This document shows positions 1 through 10,705 of a stretch of 64,000 nt of DNA, piece by piece. Each line of letters opens with the position of its first letter. Within the stretch, counting starts at the first letter, position 1. The position numbers and the translations under genes were made by a program. The stretch spans positions 1,660 to 65,659 of the forward strand of contig CAZCSM010000003.1 of the NCBI GenBank assembly GCA_964501355.1. Direction: 5' to 3'. The stretch is from an uncultured Candidatus Saccharibacteria bacterium. GTDB taxonomy: Bacteria > Patescibacteriota > Dojkabacteria > CAZCSM01. The notes below the pieces were generated by a model that was given only the letters and a program-made list of their open reading frames with translations, was not told the origin of the DNA and did not search any database.

Positions 1-1
1 T

Positions 2-3000
2 CCTAGAAATACCGGCAAAGTGATTGACTCATCAGGTAATGGCAACCACGGAACAATTAATGGAGGTGCTAAATACACAGCAGGCAAAGTTCCTGCTTCA
101 AGTTATGCATCACATCAAGGTGTATTTATTGAAGAAGGAACAACTAACCTTGTCGATAATCCAAGTTTTGAAAATAATATAACTGATTTCTGGAGTGGAA
201 AAAGTGCAGTCACTGCTTATACTTCAGGAGCAACGGATGCAGATGGTAATGCCTATCTTGGAAACAACAATGTCAATGATGTTTACTTTTACGACACTGC
301 AAATGATTCCGATGCAGCGACTCAAGTAACACTTGGCGTAGATCCGAATTGGAGAAAGGGAGTTGTACTCAAAACAGGTACACTTAGTACTACTAACAAC
401 GGATCGTTGATTGAAGTAACAGGAACAAATGCAAATGGAAAAGGAATAGAGATTACAGTTACCTCAACTACAACATTTACCTGGAAAGAAGATGGCGGTG
501 CAGATTCAGCATCAACAGCAATGAGCAAGGGTAACTGGGTACAACTGGAAACTGGAGATAACGATATCTGGGTTAGATTTTCAAGCACGGGAACATTTAC
601 AACAAACGATGTATTTAGAATAAACAGTTGGGTAATAGAACCATTCTCAGCAACAAGAGGATATAGACGAGATTTTCCTGAGCAAAGTTATCTAGTCGCA
701 ACCGATTCAACGCTCGATATTATTGATGCGGTAGAGGATAAGTTGTGGATGAGGTTTATTCAATCGGGGTCGTTGAAAATGATTGCAGCCTTTGGTGGTA
801 CAATGCCTAACTCTACTTTTTCCCTAAATGGAATGCTGTATCTGGGAACCAAAGCTCCAATACCCACGACATTTGGATATTTACATAATGTTGATTTAGT
901 AAATGATTATGGTAAGCATACATGCAGTAGTACTGATGGAGGGCAAAGACTTTTTAAAGGAAATGTTGCTACACGTAATCAGGATTTAGATGCGACAATT
1001 ATAAATGTTTATCATCTTGTAGATAGAAGAGTTAATGATGTCCACGCTGTTGTGATCAACAGTAAGCAATATGTGGCGGTGGCAACGGATGGTGGGGTGA
1101 GTGTAATTAATGAGACGGATGGAAGTGTGGCGCATTTTTATGATTCAGACTGGAATGCACCCCGAACACACTATGTCTGGCTAACCTCTGGAGGAGAACT
1201 CTATTTTACAAGTGGTTCTTATGCAGTTACATATACTGATGCAAGGTATTTGCTTAGAATTGACGATATAAACACTAAAAGTACGAATACTGATCTCTTT
1301 GGAACATATTCTGGAATTTATAATGCTACATATGAGAATGGCGTACGTTATGATCCCGACAAATTTCCAGATATAGATGCAATTTACAGTGCAGTATACC
1401 CATCATATTCAACTTATAGAGGTGAGCTTTATTTAAACAATTTCCCGATTTTGGATATATTTGTCACCGAGGGGACTTCCTCCGTTGATAATTCTTCAAA
1501 CTCAATCTATGTTGCAGGAACAAGATCCTTAACGATTGCAAATGAAAAACAAGGCGATGAATCTAATGGTTCTGTTAAATACTACACCAAAGACGAAATT
1601 ACCGAAGAACTTATCGGCGATATCCGCGGAGCGTGGGGATTTAATACTAATGCCACTCTAGCCAATGGAGATACGGTGGCGGATGTGAGTGTGCGAGGGG
1701 CGGATATGACCGCGGTTGCAGATGCAGGCGGAATCGGAGTGATGAATGGCGTTCGAGGCAAGGCTTTTCAATTTGACGGAACGAATGATTATCTGACACA
1801 GAAAGTTTATGAAGATCAAACCGGTGCTAGCTGGGGACCGGCTAACCATGGACTGAGTTTGGCTAATGGACAAGCTTTCGCGAGAGTGCAGGGAGTAACG
1901 CTAGCGCCTTTTGCAGAAGCGGCCAATCCATATATGTTAGTTGTCAAAGACCCCGAGGGTGATGTCGCTTGGGGGTATATTGATACTGCTGGAGGTGGAG
2001 AGACATTGGGGAATGAGTTGGTTATTGATGGAACCTTTGATTCATGGACTGATAATGAGCTGAATAATTGGGTAGAAGCAGTATCTGTTGATGCTGATCC
2101 AGAAACGATCTCACCATACGGAGGAACCGGAACGTCTGTTAAGTTAGTTCTCTCTGGTAATAATCAATCGCTTAGTCAAAACTTAAGTGTTTCCGCAGGA
2201 AAGCTATACAAAATTACTTTCGCATATAAAGGAAATTATGTTAAATATCATGTAAAAGATCTTACAAACAATGTTTTTATCAAGAGTTGGACTGAAAATA
2301 ACCCCTCGAATTCTATTGACTGGTCTTTATATTCAGCATATTTTACAGTACCCTCAACCTGTACAAGTATTTCAATAGGTGTTTGGGGAACCTATTTAGG
2401 CGATACCGTTTATTTTGACAATGTGTCTGTCAAAGAAGTAACTGATACTGCTACTGATGGCGTCAAAATAATGTCTACCAAAGGTGGTTCAACCCAATCT
2501 TGGGCGGGGATTTCTGCATCTTTCAACTACAACGCCTCGTCATATACATTTGAAGTAAGGAAAACAGATTTTCAGATAACGGGAGATTTGACGGTGGGAG
2601 CATGGGTAAAAAATAATCAATCCAATACAGTTGAAAAGGGCGTTATTTCAAGAGGCACAGGAGGGACTGGTCCCTTTATACTTTTTGGAGGAACCGGAAG
2701 TAATAGTGCCTATCTTAGAATTCATACCGTTGGTGGTAGAGCTGATTCCCCCAAAACATTTTTACCTGTAAATGAGTGGGCATATCTGGTTGGAACCTAT
2801 GATGGAAATACCGTACGTCTATATTTGAATGGTACTGAACAAGGCACAGGTACAATAAAAGCAAGTGCCATTTTAGATTTAAATGATAACTTACTTATTG
2901 GAGCTTATGGCGTTGGAAGTGATAAGATTTCCGGCACCATCGATGAGCCCTTTATCACAGCCGAAGCCTTAACAGCAGATCAGATCAAAAACATGTTTGA

Positions 3001-6000
3001 CCAAGGCTGCCGAGCGATGGGAGGAACTCCGGGAACGGGAACTTGTACAGGAATTAATGAAGCTAGCACCACGAACTACATCGGCGGATCGACAAATATT
3101 ACAAATGCAGTATCAGTAAATTCTGCAGGAACCAGAGCTTTAATCGGCACAGATGGTGCCACCGGAGCGATTTCACTTCTGGATCTCACAGGAGATAAGA
3201 TAATCAAATCCTTCACCACCGCAACCACGCCGGCACTAGTAAATAACGACACCACAGCACTGGCAGTAGTCAGATGGGATGATACAAACCCACAATTTAT
3301 CGCAGGAAGCGAAACTGCAGGAGTGAGTGTAATTAATAATGATTTGACAGTTGAAACTCAAAATACAAGCACGGCGTATTCTAGATTTGGGACCGATTCA
3401 CTTAAGATTGACAATAGCGTTTCCGCTACAAACACATTATACAAATTTACAAAAACACTCACCGCTGCAAGCTACACCTTTAGCTTTTATGCATATACCG
3501 ACGGAAACCAAGTAACAAGTGCAGATTTAGTTCCATATTTAAATAGCGGAGAAATTTTAACCAATGTAACTTACGAAGACGCCGGCGGAGGTTTTACCAG
3601 AGTTTACGGAACATTCAGAGGCTTTGCATCAGCAAATATTTTCGGAGTAAAAGTGAAAGCCGGAAAAACGGTCTACATCGACGGAATACAACTTGAAGCT
3701 AAAGCCTATGCAACAACATATGCGGATGGAAGTTTGGGGACGGGGTATAGTTGGAGTGGGACGGAGAATAATAGTAATAGTGTGAGAACAAATTCGGATT
3801 TGTCCTATCTAAACAGCTTAAACATAGATTCCCAAAAAGGTTCTATGTCGTTTTGGTACAAACCAGATTTCAGTGCAGCTAATCCAAAGGCCGATTATAA
3901 TGCTGTTCCTATTATTACCGTCCAGAACACTGATGGACAAGTACTTTTACATGTATCTTTCAGGGGAGCAAACTTTGTATTTCAAAGGTATTCACAAGAA
4001 GGCTATAAACATACATCAAGTGCTGTTCAAACTTTTGACAAAAACGATTGGTTGCACCTCGTTATAAACTGGGGACCAGGGAATCAAACATTATATGTTT
4101 CGAATGCATCGTTTTTGGGTTATCCTTCAGAAACTTGGACTGTATCTGACATTTCTAATAAAAATATAATGATTGGTACCAGTCATTATTTTGGTTCAAC
4201 CAGAGCAAAAGCTGCCATCTCCGACTTTAGAATCTATGATCAACCTTTAACCCCAGCCGAAGTATCAGACATCTACTACCAAGGCCTGCAAAGCCACGGA
4301 ATCACAGAAACAAAAGGAAGATTTGACGGGATCACAGATGCTTCATACTACTCAGGACGAATAGATTTAAACGCAGTTTCAGCTTGGAGTGAGACAGATG
4401 ATCTAACCATAGCCTCAGCACTAAACGGAGGAACAATTAACTACTACACCTGCACAAAGAATCTAATCACAGGAGTATGTGCAGAAGAAGATTTCTTACC
4501 AATAGTAGGAAATGAAATACAATCCGATCCCGCAAGATACATGTTCGTCAAAGGAGTATTCAACTCAGCAGATAGCTACACAACTCCAACACTAACAGGA
4601 ATCACATTTAACTACGCACCGGATAACGATGCACCAACAAATCCAACAGAGATACACGCATACTCAACAAGTACAAAAGAGACAGAATACAACGAGGTAG
4701 ACTATGCTAACTCAAACAGACCATACTTCGAGTGGCCACAAGCGGAAGAAGTAGGAGGAGCAAGTGATACGGGAGAAGGATCAAGTGGAGTAAACGGATA
4801 CTATGTATACTTCGGAGAAGATGATACAGCTACTCCACAAACAGCAGGAACATACCAAATCGAGTCTGAAGAAGGAAACAACCACTACCAATTACCGGTA
4901 GACGATGCTCTAACAACAAAAGGAAACTACTACCTACGAATCCAATCAATGGATAACGCAGGAAGTATACAGTCTACAGTATGGGAGGCCTACACATACC
5001 AATATGATAATGAAGAACCAAACAACCCATCAGGAGTAAGTGTAACCCCAGCAGGATGGAGTAAGGTAAACTCATATGAATTCTACTGGCCGACAGGAGC
5101 AGATGATGACTCACAGCTTTGGGGATACTGCTACAAGACAGGAGACCCAGAAGTAGAAGAAGTATGTATAGAAGATAACTCAGTACAAAACATACAAGCA
5201 TATCAAGCAGGAGAGAATATCTTCTACTTAAGAAGTATGGATAATGCAGGAAACAAGAATACTAACTTTATCCAGACAACATACTACTACAATGCAGATG
5301 CACCAAGTTCTCCTAACAACCTAGATGTAACACCAGATACAAGTGATGAGAATGAATTCACTTTTACATGGGATGCACCATCTGACTTTAACGGAGAGAT
5401 AAAGGGATACTACTACAGTATCAATACAGAACCAACAATAGACAACAGTATCTTCACAACAGAAACACAAGTAGGTCCAGGTCCATATGCAACCAGACAA
5501 GGAGAGAACAAATTCTACGTACTCGCTGAAGATACAGCCGGAAACAAGAACTTCGATATTTACTCAGAAGTATCCTTCTATGCAAATACAACCGCTCCCG
5601 GGATTCCAACAAATTTAACAGTAAACGATTCATCAGATAGAAATACAAATACATATTCTTTAACATTAAACTGGAAAGCACCAACAGATACAACTCCGGA
5701 TCATTACAACATATATAGATCTTCAGATAACGAAACATTTACAGCAATTTCAACAACAACTTCGTTAGGACTTTTAGACCTTGGACTTTCGACGGATTTA
5801 ACGTACTACTACTACATCACAGCCGAAGATAGTGCAGGAGCAGAGTCAGGACACAGCCAGACAGTAAGCAAGAAACCATCAGGTAAGTTCACAACACCAC
5901 CAACAATTACAGTCAATCCTACCGCTACAGCAGGAAGAACAAGTTCAGTAATCACATGGGAAACAGATAGGGAGTCAAACAGCTTCGTACAAATAGGGAC

Positions 6001-7132
6001 ACAAGATGTATACACAAGAACACAGGGACAATGGATAACGTCTAAACAACATAGCGTAGAACTCAAAGGACTAAACCCTGCAACAGTTTATCACTACAGA
6101 GTACAAAGTATAGATGATCCTGAACTAATCGATTACGATTCAAACGAAGCATTCAGTCAAGATTATACATTTACAACAGGAGAAATACCGAAGATTAAAG
6201 ACCTTGAAGTAAAAGAAGTAAGACACTCATCAGCCATAGTAACATGGGGAACAGATGTAACATCTACCTCAGTAGTATACCTAACAGGAGGAGAAGAAAG
6301 AACAATAGAAGATCAATCATCAGGAGGAACAACAACACATACCATACTAGTAGATAACCTAAGTGCAGGAACAAGCTACAACGTGAGAGTATCAGGAACA
6401 GATGAAGAGGGTAATACACTAATAGGAGAGGAACACTCATTTACAACCCCTGCATATCCTAAAGTTAGCGAAGTTCGACTAGAACAACAGAAGGAAGAAG
6501 CAGAAGGAACAGTAAAGGTAACATGGATAACAAATGTGCCAACAACAAGTGTAGTTAAGTACAACAAGAAGGGAGAGACAGAAACGGTAGAAACAAGTAA
6601 TTCAGAACTAGTAACAGAACATGAAATGATAGCAAGTGGATTGCAAGACAATAGCGAATATGAAATACTAGTAGAAGGAAGAGATGGATATGGAAACTTA
6701 GCACAGTCAGAAGTAAATACATTCCTAACAGATGTAGACACAAGACCACCGAAGATAGAGAACGTACTGATTGAGACAGGACTGATAGGAAGTGGAACGA
6801 AAGCAAAAGCACAGATCATAGTGAGCTGGGAGACAGATGAGTTATCATCAAGCCAGGTAGAATATGATATAGGGATAGGTGAGACAGACGGTACAGTAAC
6901 GTATGCACAAAAGACGAAGGAAGATAACGGACTGGTAAACAAACATGTAGTAGTAATCTCAGAGCTATCACCAAGTCAGGTGTATAGAGTAAGACTACTA
7001 TCAAAAGATAAGAGTGGAAACGAGACATATTCAGATAACAACATCGTAGTAACAGACGAAGCCACAGAGAATGCACTGGAACTTGTAATGAACTCTCTGC
7101 TTGAAACCTTCGGATGGTTGTTCGGTGAATAG
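2..7132 (+). CDS. Giant secreted/surface protein, 5'-truncated at the window edge. It is a repeat-rich beta-domain protein whose regions look like LamG/concanavalin-like lectin and fibronectin-III modules.
   Basis: A single 7.1-kb ORF (2370 aa called from GTG at 20) remains open in frame back to nt 2. The composition is Thr/Ser/Gly/Asn-rich. Repeated ~90-aa modules carry the pattern 'W..P....Y.Y...A.D.AGN', typical of FN3-like repeats in large adhesins. LamG-like blocks ('FDGTNDYL', 'SFWYKPD', 'LYLNGTEQG') are present. Confidence 0.7.
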   Translation, partial: PRNTGKVIDSSGNGNHGTINGGAKYTAGKVPASSYASHQGVFIEEGTTNLVDNPSFENNITDFWSGKSAVTAYTSGATDADGNAYLGNNNVNDVYFYDTANDSDAATQVTLGVDPNWRKGVVLKTGTLSTTNNGSLIEVTGTNANGKGIEITVTSTTTFTWKEDGGADSASTAMSKGNWVQLETGDNDIWVRFSSTGTFTTNDVFRINSWVIEPFSATRGYRRDFPEQSYLVATDSTLDIIDAVEDKLWMRFIQSGSLKMIAAFGGTMPNSTFSLNGMLYLGTKAPIPTTFGYLHNVDLVNDYGKHTCSSTDGGQRLFKGNVATRNQDLDATIINVYHLVDRRVNDVHAVVINSKQYVAVATDGGVSVINETDGSVAHFYDSDWNAPRTHYVWLTSGGELYFTSGSYAVTYTDARYLLRIDDINTKSTNTDLFGTYSGIYNATYENGVRYDPDKFPDIDAIYSAVYPSYSTYRGELYLNNFPILDIFVTEGTSSVDNSSNSIYVAGTRSLTIANEKQGDESNGSVKYYTKDEITEELIGDIRGAWGFNTNATLANGDTVADVSVRGADMTAVADAGGIGVMNGVRGKAFQFDGTNDYLTQKVYEDQTGASWGPANHGLSLANGQAFARVQGVTLAPFAEAANPYMLVVKDPEGDVAWGYIDTAGGGETLGNELVIDGTFDSWTDNELNNWVEAVSVDADPETISPYGGTGTSVKLVLSGNNQSLSQNLSVSAGKLYKITFAYKGNYVKYHVKDLTNNVFIKSWTENNPSNSIDWSLYSAYFTVPSTCTSISIGVWGTYLGDTVYFDNVSVKEVTDTATDGVKIMSTKGGSTQSWAGISASFNYNASSYTFEVRKTDFQITGDLTVGAWVKNNQSNTVEKGVISRGTGGTGPFILFGGTGSNSAYLRIHTVGGRADSPKTFLPVNEWAYLVGTYDGNTVRLYLNGTEQGTGTIKASAILDLNDNLLIGAYGVGSDKISGTIDEPFITAEALTADQIKNMFDQGCRAMGGTPGTGTCTGINEASTTNYIGGSTNITNAVSVNSAGTRALIGTDGATGAISLLDLTGDKIIKSFTTATTPALVNNDTTALAVVRWDDTNPQFIAGSETAGVSVINNDLTVETQNTSTAYSRFGTDSLKIDNSVSATNTLYKFTKTLTAASYTFSFYAYTDGNQVTSADLVPYLNSGEILTNVTYEDAGGGFTRVYGTFRGFASANIFGVKVKAGKTVYIDGIQLEAKAYATTYADGSLGTGYSWSGTENNSNSVRTNSDLSYLNSLNIDSQKGSMSFWYKPDFSAANPKADYNAVPIITVQNTDGQVLLHVSFRGANFVFQRYSQEGYKHTSSAVQTFDKNDWLHLVINWGPGNQTLYVSNASFLGYPSETWTVSDISNKNIMIGTSHYFGSTRAKAAISDFRIYDQPLTPAEVSDIYYQGLQSHGITETKGRFDGITDASYYSGRIDLNAVSAWSETDDLTIASALNGGTINYYTCTKNLITGVCAEEDFLPIVGNEIQSDPARYMFVKGVFNSADSYTTPTLTGITFNYAPDNDAPTNPTEIHAYSTSTKETEYNEVDYANSNRPYFEWPQAEEVGGASDTGEGSSGVNGYYVYFGEDDTATPQTAGTYQIESEEGNNHYQLPVDDALTTKGNYYLRIQSMDNAGSIQSTVWEAYTYQYDNEEPNNPSGVSVTPAGWSKVNSYEFYWPTGADDDSQLWGYCYKTGDPEVEEVCIEDNSVQNIQAYQAGENIFYLRSMDNAGNKNTNFIQTTYYYNADAPSSPNNLDVTPDTSDENEFTFTWDAPSDFNGEIKGYYYSINTEPTIDNSIFTTETQVGPGPYATRQGENKFYVLAEDTAGNKNFDIYSEVSFYANTTAPGIPTNLTVNDSSDRNTNTYSLTLNWKAPTDTTPDHYNIYRSSDNETFTAISTTTSLGLLDLGLSTDLTYYYYITAEDSAGAESGHSQTVSKKPSGKFTTPPTITVNPTATAGRTSSVITWETDRESNSFVQIGTQDVYTRTQGQWITSKQHSVELKGLNPATVYHYRVQSIDDPELIDYDSNEAFSQDYTFTTGEIPKIKDLEVKEVRHSSAIVTWGTDVTSTSVVYLTGGEERTIEDQSSGGTTTHTILVDNLSAGTSYNVRVSGTDEEGNTLIGEEHSFTTPAYPKVSEVRLEQQKEEAEGTVKVTWITNVPTTSVVKYNKKGETETVETSNSELVTEHEMIASGLQDNSEYEILVEGRDGYGNLAQSEVNTFLTDVDTRPPKIENVLIETGLIGSGTKAKAQIIVSWETDELSSSQVEYDIGIGETDGTVTYAQKTKEDNGLVNKHVVVISELSPSQVYRVRLLSKDKSGNETYSDNNIVVTDEATENALELVMNSLLETFGWLFGE

Positions 7133-7237
7133 AAGACAGTTTCTAGGTACTAGGTTTTAGTTTCTAGAAAATAGATGAATATTAAATTCTAACATTTACA
7201 GTCATAGCAACTAAAAGATTTTAAGAAAGAAATAAAG

Positions 7238-8002
7238 ATGTCTAACGATTCTGATAATTCAATAGTAATTAAACTTCGAAATATTCATAAGTCATATGAC
7301 ACCGGTTTTCGAAAGGTTCATGCGGTAAGGGGTGTTGACTTTGATATTAATAGTCAGGATTTTGTCATTATTTTTGGTCCATCCGGTTGTGGGAAATCAA
7401 CGTTACTAAACGTTATTCTTGGTCTCGATGCTCCTGATGAAGGAAAGGTTTTCGTTCGCGGGGAAGATATCTATACGATGAACGATGATGAGCGCGCTTA
7501 TTTTCGTTCCAACCGAATGGGTGTAGTTTACCAACAACCAACTTGGATTAAAAGCCTTTCTGTTATAGATAACGTTGCATTTCCTCTTTTTTTGAAGGGG
7601 ATAAGCACCTCTGCTGCACACAAACTTGCTATGAGGCAACTTGAGGAAGTCGGTATGGAGCAGTATAAAGATCATCGTCCTGTTGAGCTTTCTGGTGGTC
7701 AACAGCAGAAAGTCAGTCTTGCCAGAGCTTTAGTGAATAATCCTTGGACACTTTTACTTGATGAGCCAACCGGTAATTTAGACAGTAAGTCCGGAGATGA
7801 TGTAATTCACTCTTTGAAAAAGATTAATAAAGAGGGAAAGCGAACGATAATTATGGTTACGCATAATTATTCTTATCTTCTCTATGCCAATAAGGTCATT
7901 CATATGATGGATGGAAAGATAGAAGGCCTTTATGATACGACGGTACAAGTCCAATCATTTATTAAAAATGTTATATTAAATATTAATCAACCCCAATCGT
8001 GA
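7238..8002 (+). CDS. ABC transporter ATP-binding protein (MacB/LolD/FtsE-like)
   Basis: Walker A 'GPSGCGKST', ABC signature 'LSGGQQQKVSLARAL' and Walker B 'LLLDEPTGNLD'. It overlaps the next gene by 4 bp (GTGA). Confidence 0.9.
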   Translation: MSNDSDNSIVIKLRNIHKSYDTGFRKVHAVRGVDFDINSQDFVIIFGPSGCGKSTLLNVILGLDAPDEGKVFVRGEDIYTMNDDERAYFRSNRMGVVYQQPTWIKSLSVIDNVAFPLFLKGISTSAAHKLAMRQLEEVGMEQYKDHRPVELSGGQQQKVSLARALVNNPWTLLLDEPTGNLDSKSGDDVIHSLKKINKEGKRTIIMVTHNYSYLLYANKVIHMMDGKIEGLYDTTVQVQSFIKNVILNINQPQS

Positions 8003-9216
8003 AAATCGGACAGGTAATCAGGATATCCCTACATAATTTACTGAGTAAGAAATCTAGAACTCTATTTACGATTTCTGCAATAGCGGTAAGTTTTGCTGCT
8101 ATTCTCATCCTTCTTTCTTTAGGATATGGACTTCAGAGACTCGTAGAGCAACAAACCGTAGGATTGGAAGCATTGAGATTGATTGATGTTGATGCCGAGA
8201 ATTCAAGCATTGTTAGTCTTAATAGCGAAAGTGTGAACCGCATAAAGTCAATTGCTGGTGTTGAGAATGTTATCCCTCAAATTAGTGCGGCGGGGAAGCT
8301 GCATATAGATGGTTCAATAATCGATGCTACTGTATTTTTAACGGAAGGAGATTATCTTGAACTCTCATATAAAAGCACGCTTTGGGGCAATACAGACGAT
8401 GCTCTCGGAGAACGATCTTTATTTCTCAATGATGTCGTTCCCGGATTGTTAAGTATTGAAGCTAGTGAACAAATCATTGACAGGGAGGTCGGTATTGATC
8501 TGGTTTTCTCCCCATCTGTATTAGAAATAAATGAGGATTCCCAGACGACATACTCTGGTTTATTAAGGACCGTACAGGGTGTAGTAGTGGATAGAAAGGT
8601 CGAGAATAGAGTTCCCATTGTCTATCTTTCCATTAATCAATTTCCGGATTTGTATTCAAATGCAAACTTCTCCCGCGTGAAAGTTCTGCTGAATGATCCA
8701 GAAAGCCTTGAGTCTGTCAGGGCGCAGATAGAGAACTTGGGATATCGCACGTCTTCTGCGGCAGATACCGTAGAGCAGATCGATTCAGTCTTCACGACAT
8801 TTCGGATTGTATTATTCGTAATAGGATTAGTTGGTGTAACGATAGCAATTCTAGGCATGTTCAACACTCTTACAATCTCCCTTATGGATAGAATGAGAGA
8901 AATTGGGATAATGAAGGCCCTTGGCATGCAGGGAAAATATGTTTTGGGCTTATTCTTAACAGAGTCTGTGATGATTAGTATTTCAGGTGGTATTGCCGGG
9001 CTCATAATTAGCGTTCTTGGTGGAAATATTTTAGAAAAAACGATGCAGTTCGCCGCTGAAGTTCAAGATCGCCCAAGTGTGGACTTCTATTATACACCTC
9101 TTAGCATAGCAGGATTAATGCTCTTGTTCTCTGCTTTAACAGGACTTATCACCGGAATATATCCTGCTGTGAAGGCGATGAGGATGAAACCTCTTGATGC
9201 TTTACGTTACGAATAA
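7999..9216 (+). CDS. ABC transporter permease, FtsX/MacB-type
   Basis: GTG start overlapping the upstream stop. It has an N-terminal TM helix, a large extracytoplasmic domain and three C-terminal TM helices, the FtsX-like architecture. It is translationally coupled to the ATPase. Confidence 0.8.
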   Translation: MKIGQVIRISLHNLLSKKSRTLFTISAIAVSFAAILILLSLGYGLQRLVEQQTVGLEALRLIDVDAENSSIVSLNSESVNRIKSIAGVENVIPQISAAGKLHIDGSIIDATVFLTEGDYLELSYKSTLWGNTDDALGERSLFLNDVVPGLLSIEASEQIIDREVGIDLVFSPSVLEINEDSQTTYSGLLRTVQGVVVDRKVENRVPIVYLSINQFPDLYSNANFSRVKVLLNDPESLESVRAQIENLGYRTSSAADTVEQIDSVFTTFRIVLFVIGLVGVTIAILGMFNTLTISLMDRMREIGIMKALGMQGKYVLGLFLTESVMISISGGIAGLIISVLGGNILEKTMQFAAEVQDRPSVDFYYTPLSIAGLMLLFSALTGLITGIYPAVKAMRMKPLDALRYE

Positions 9217-9222
9217 TTTCTC

Positions 9223-9249
9223 TTGACACTCATTCCTCTCAAGTGCTAA
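9223..9249 (+). promoter_or_regulatory. CIRCE-like HrcA operator overlapping a TTGACA -35 hexamer
   Basis: TTGACACTC-N9-AAGTGCTAA versus the CIRCE consensus TTAGCACTC-N9-GAGTGCTAA. An exact right half-site GAGTGCTAA recurs at 9275-9283. It lies immediately upstream of hrcA-grpE-dnaK. Confidence 0.65.
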
Positions 9250-9287
9250 ACTTGCTGTAGCAGTTCGCTGCCACGAGTGCTAATTTT

Positions 9288-10025
9288 ATGATTAACAAAA
9301 TGACACCAAGACAAAAGAAAATTCTCGCTGCAATTATTAACGAATTCATGAATTCCGCTGAAGCTGTGGGTTCTTTGGCAATTTCTGAGAAATATAATCT
9401 TGGTGTAAGTCCAGCCACAATTCGAAATGAAATGGCAGATCTTGTTCATCAAGGATACATTACGATGTCTCATTCATCTTCCGGTCGTGTTCCTACCAGC
9501 ACGGGATACAGATTCTATATTAATGAAATAATGGATGATGAGGAACCCTCCTATATTGAAGAACTAGAAGTTAATAGAAGAATTTTTGAATCAAGATTTG
9601 CGAAGGAACGGTTGGTTAAACAATCTGTTGATGTTGCCGCAGAGGTTTCCAGGTGTATGGCAATAGCACTTTTGGACAATGTTAATTTTTATGCTGGGGT
9701 TTCGGATTTGATTCGTTATCCGGAATTCCAGGATGTAGAACAATTGAAGAATTTACTTACGATTTTAGAAAATTATCAGATAATGTCGAATATGTTCGGC
9801 AGAATCCGTGGGCAAAATGAAAAAGGCGTGAAGATTCTTATTGGCGATGAAACCGAGATTGAATCAATGTCAGATTGTGGAGTTGTTTTCAACAATTTTA
9901 AAGTTCATGGCGGAGAACAAGGCGTTTTTGCTATAATTGGCCCTGCTCGAATGAATTATGCGAAAATAGTACCTTTGGTCAATTTGATAACGAATAAACT
10001 TGACCAGGCCGTCTTTGGCTGGTAA
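9288..10025 (+). CDS. hrcA: Heat-inducible transcription repressor HrcA (short form)
   Basis: N-terminal winged-helix 'TPRQKKILAAIINEF' and HrcA-like C-terminal region. It has the conserved position before grpE-dnaK and a CIRCE-like site upstream. Confidence 0.8.
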   Translation: MINKMTPRQKKILAAIINEFMNSAEAVGSLAISEKYNLGVSPATIRNEMADLVHQGYITMSHSSSGRVPTSTGYRFYINEIMDDEEPSYIEELEVNRRIFESRFAKERLVKQSVDVAAEVSRCMAIALLDNVNFYAGVSDLIRYPEFQDVEQLKNLLTILENYQIMSNMFGRIRGQNEKGVKILIGDETEIESMSDCGVVFNNFKVHGGEQGVFAIIGPARMNYAKIVPLVNLITNKLDQAVFGW

Positions 10026-10080
10026 TAATATTCCTGCCCGCAAAGTTAGATAGTAGATTTACTTTTTGTAGATTAGGATA

Positions 10081-10623
10081 ATGTTTGAAAAAAAGAAGAA
10101 GGAAAATTGCGAATGCAAAGATTGCAACTGTAGTACAGATGAATGCAGGAATGTCTGTGAAAACTGTAAAAGGCTAGAGCAAGAAGTTTCTGATTTAAAC
10201 GATAAATTAAAAAGAGTTCTTGCAGATTATCAGAATTTGAAGAGAAGAACTGCAGAGGAAAAATCTGAACTTTCATTCTATTCAAACCTTGCCGTGCTGG
10301 GAAGCCTTCTTGATGTCTCAGATGACTTCGATTTAGCAATTGAGAAATATACGAAGACAGAAGCTGATGAAGCAGATTGGTTAACCGGAATAAAAATGGT
10401 TAGAAATAAGATGAGTAACTTACTTGAAAATCAGCAGGTTACAGAAGTTGTTTGCCAGATTGATGACGAATTTAATCCAGATTTTCATGAAGCATTAAGC
10501 ACGATGAAAGTTGACGATGAGAAGATGGATGGAATCATTATGGGGATAATTAGAAAAGGGTATATGTTAGGCGATCGTGTTTTGAGACCGGCAAGAGTAG
10601 TTGTTGGTAAATTTGAGAAATAA
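10081..10623 (+). CDS. grpE: Nucleotide exchange factor GrpE with an unusual N-terminal Cys-rich extension
   Basis: Coiled-coil plus C-terminal GrpE beta domain ('KGYMLGDRVLRPARVVVGK'). The N-terminal 30 aa contain CxC-x2-C-x-C-x5-C-x3-C-x2-C. Confidence 0.85.
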   Translation: MFEKKKKENCECKDCNCSTDECRNVCENCKRLEQEVSDLNDKLKRVLADYQNLKRRTAEEKSELSFYSNLAVLGSLLDVSDDFDLAIEKYTKTEADEADWLTGIKMVRNKMSNLLENQQVTEVVCQIDDEFNPDFHEALSTMKVDDEKMDGIIMGIIRKGYMLGDRVLRPARVVVGKFEK

Positions 10624-10705
10624 GGTTTTACTCTTCGAGCGAACAAAGTGAGTCGAGAAGTTCTCGACAAGCTCGAACAATATTATTATTTAAGTTATTT
10701 TTATT

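Noticed and set aside
322-7076. Multiple 60-190 aa minus-strand and alternative-frame ORFs inside the giant gene (for example 6376-6942, 5454-5738)
   Set aside because: They lie antisense or out of frame within a continuous 7-kb coding region with strong repeat structure. Low-complexity Leu/Ser-rich translations are typical of shadow ORFs.
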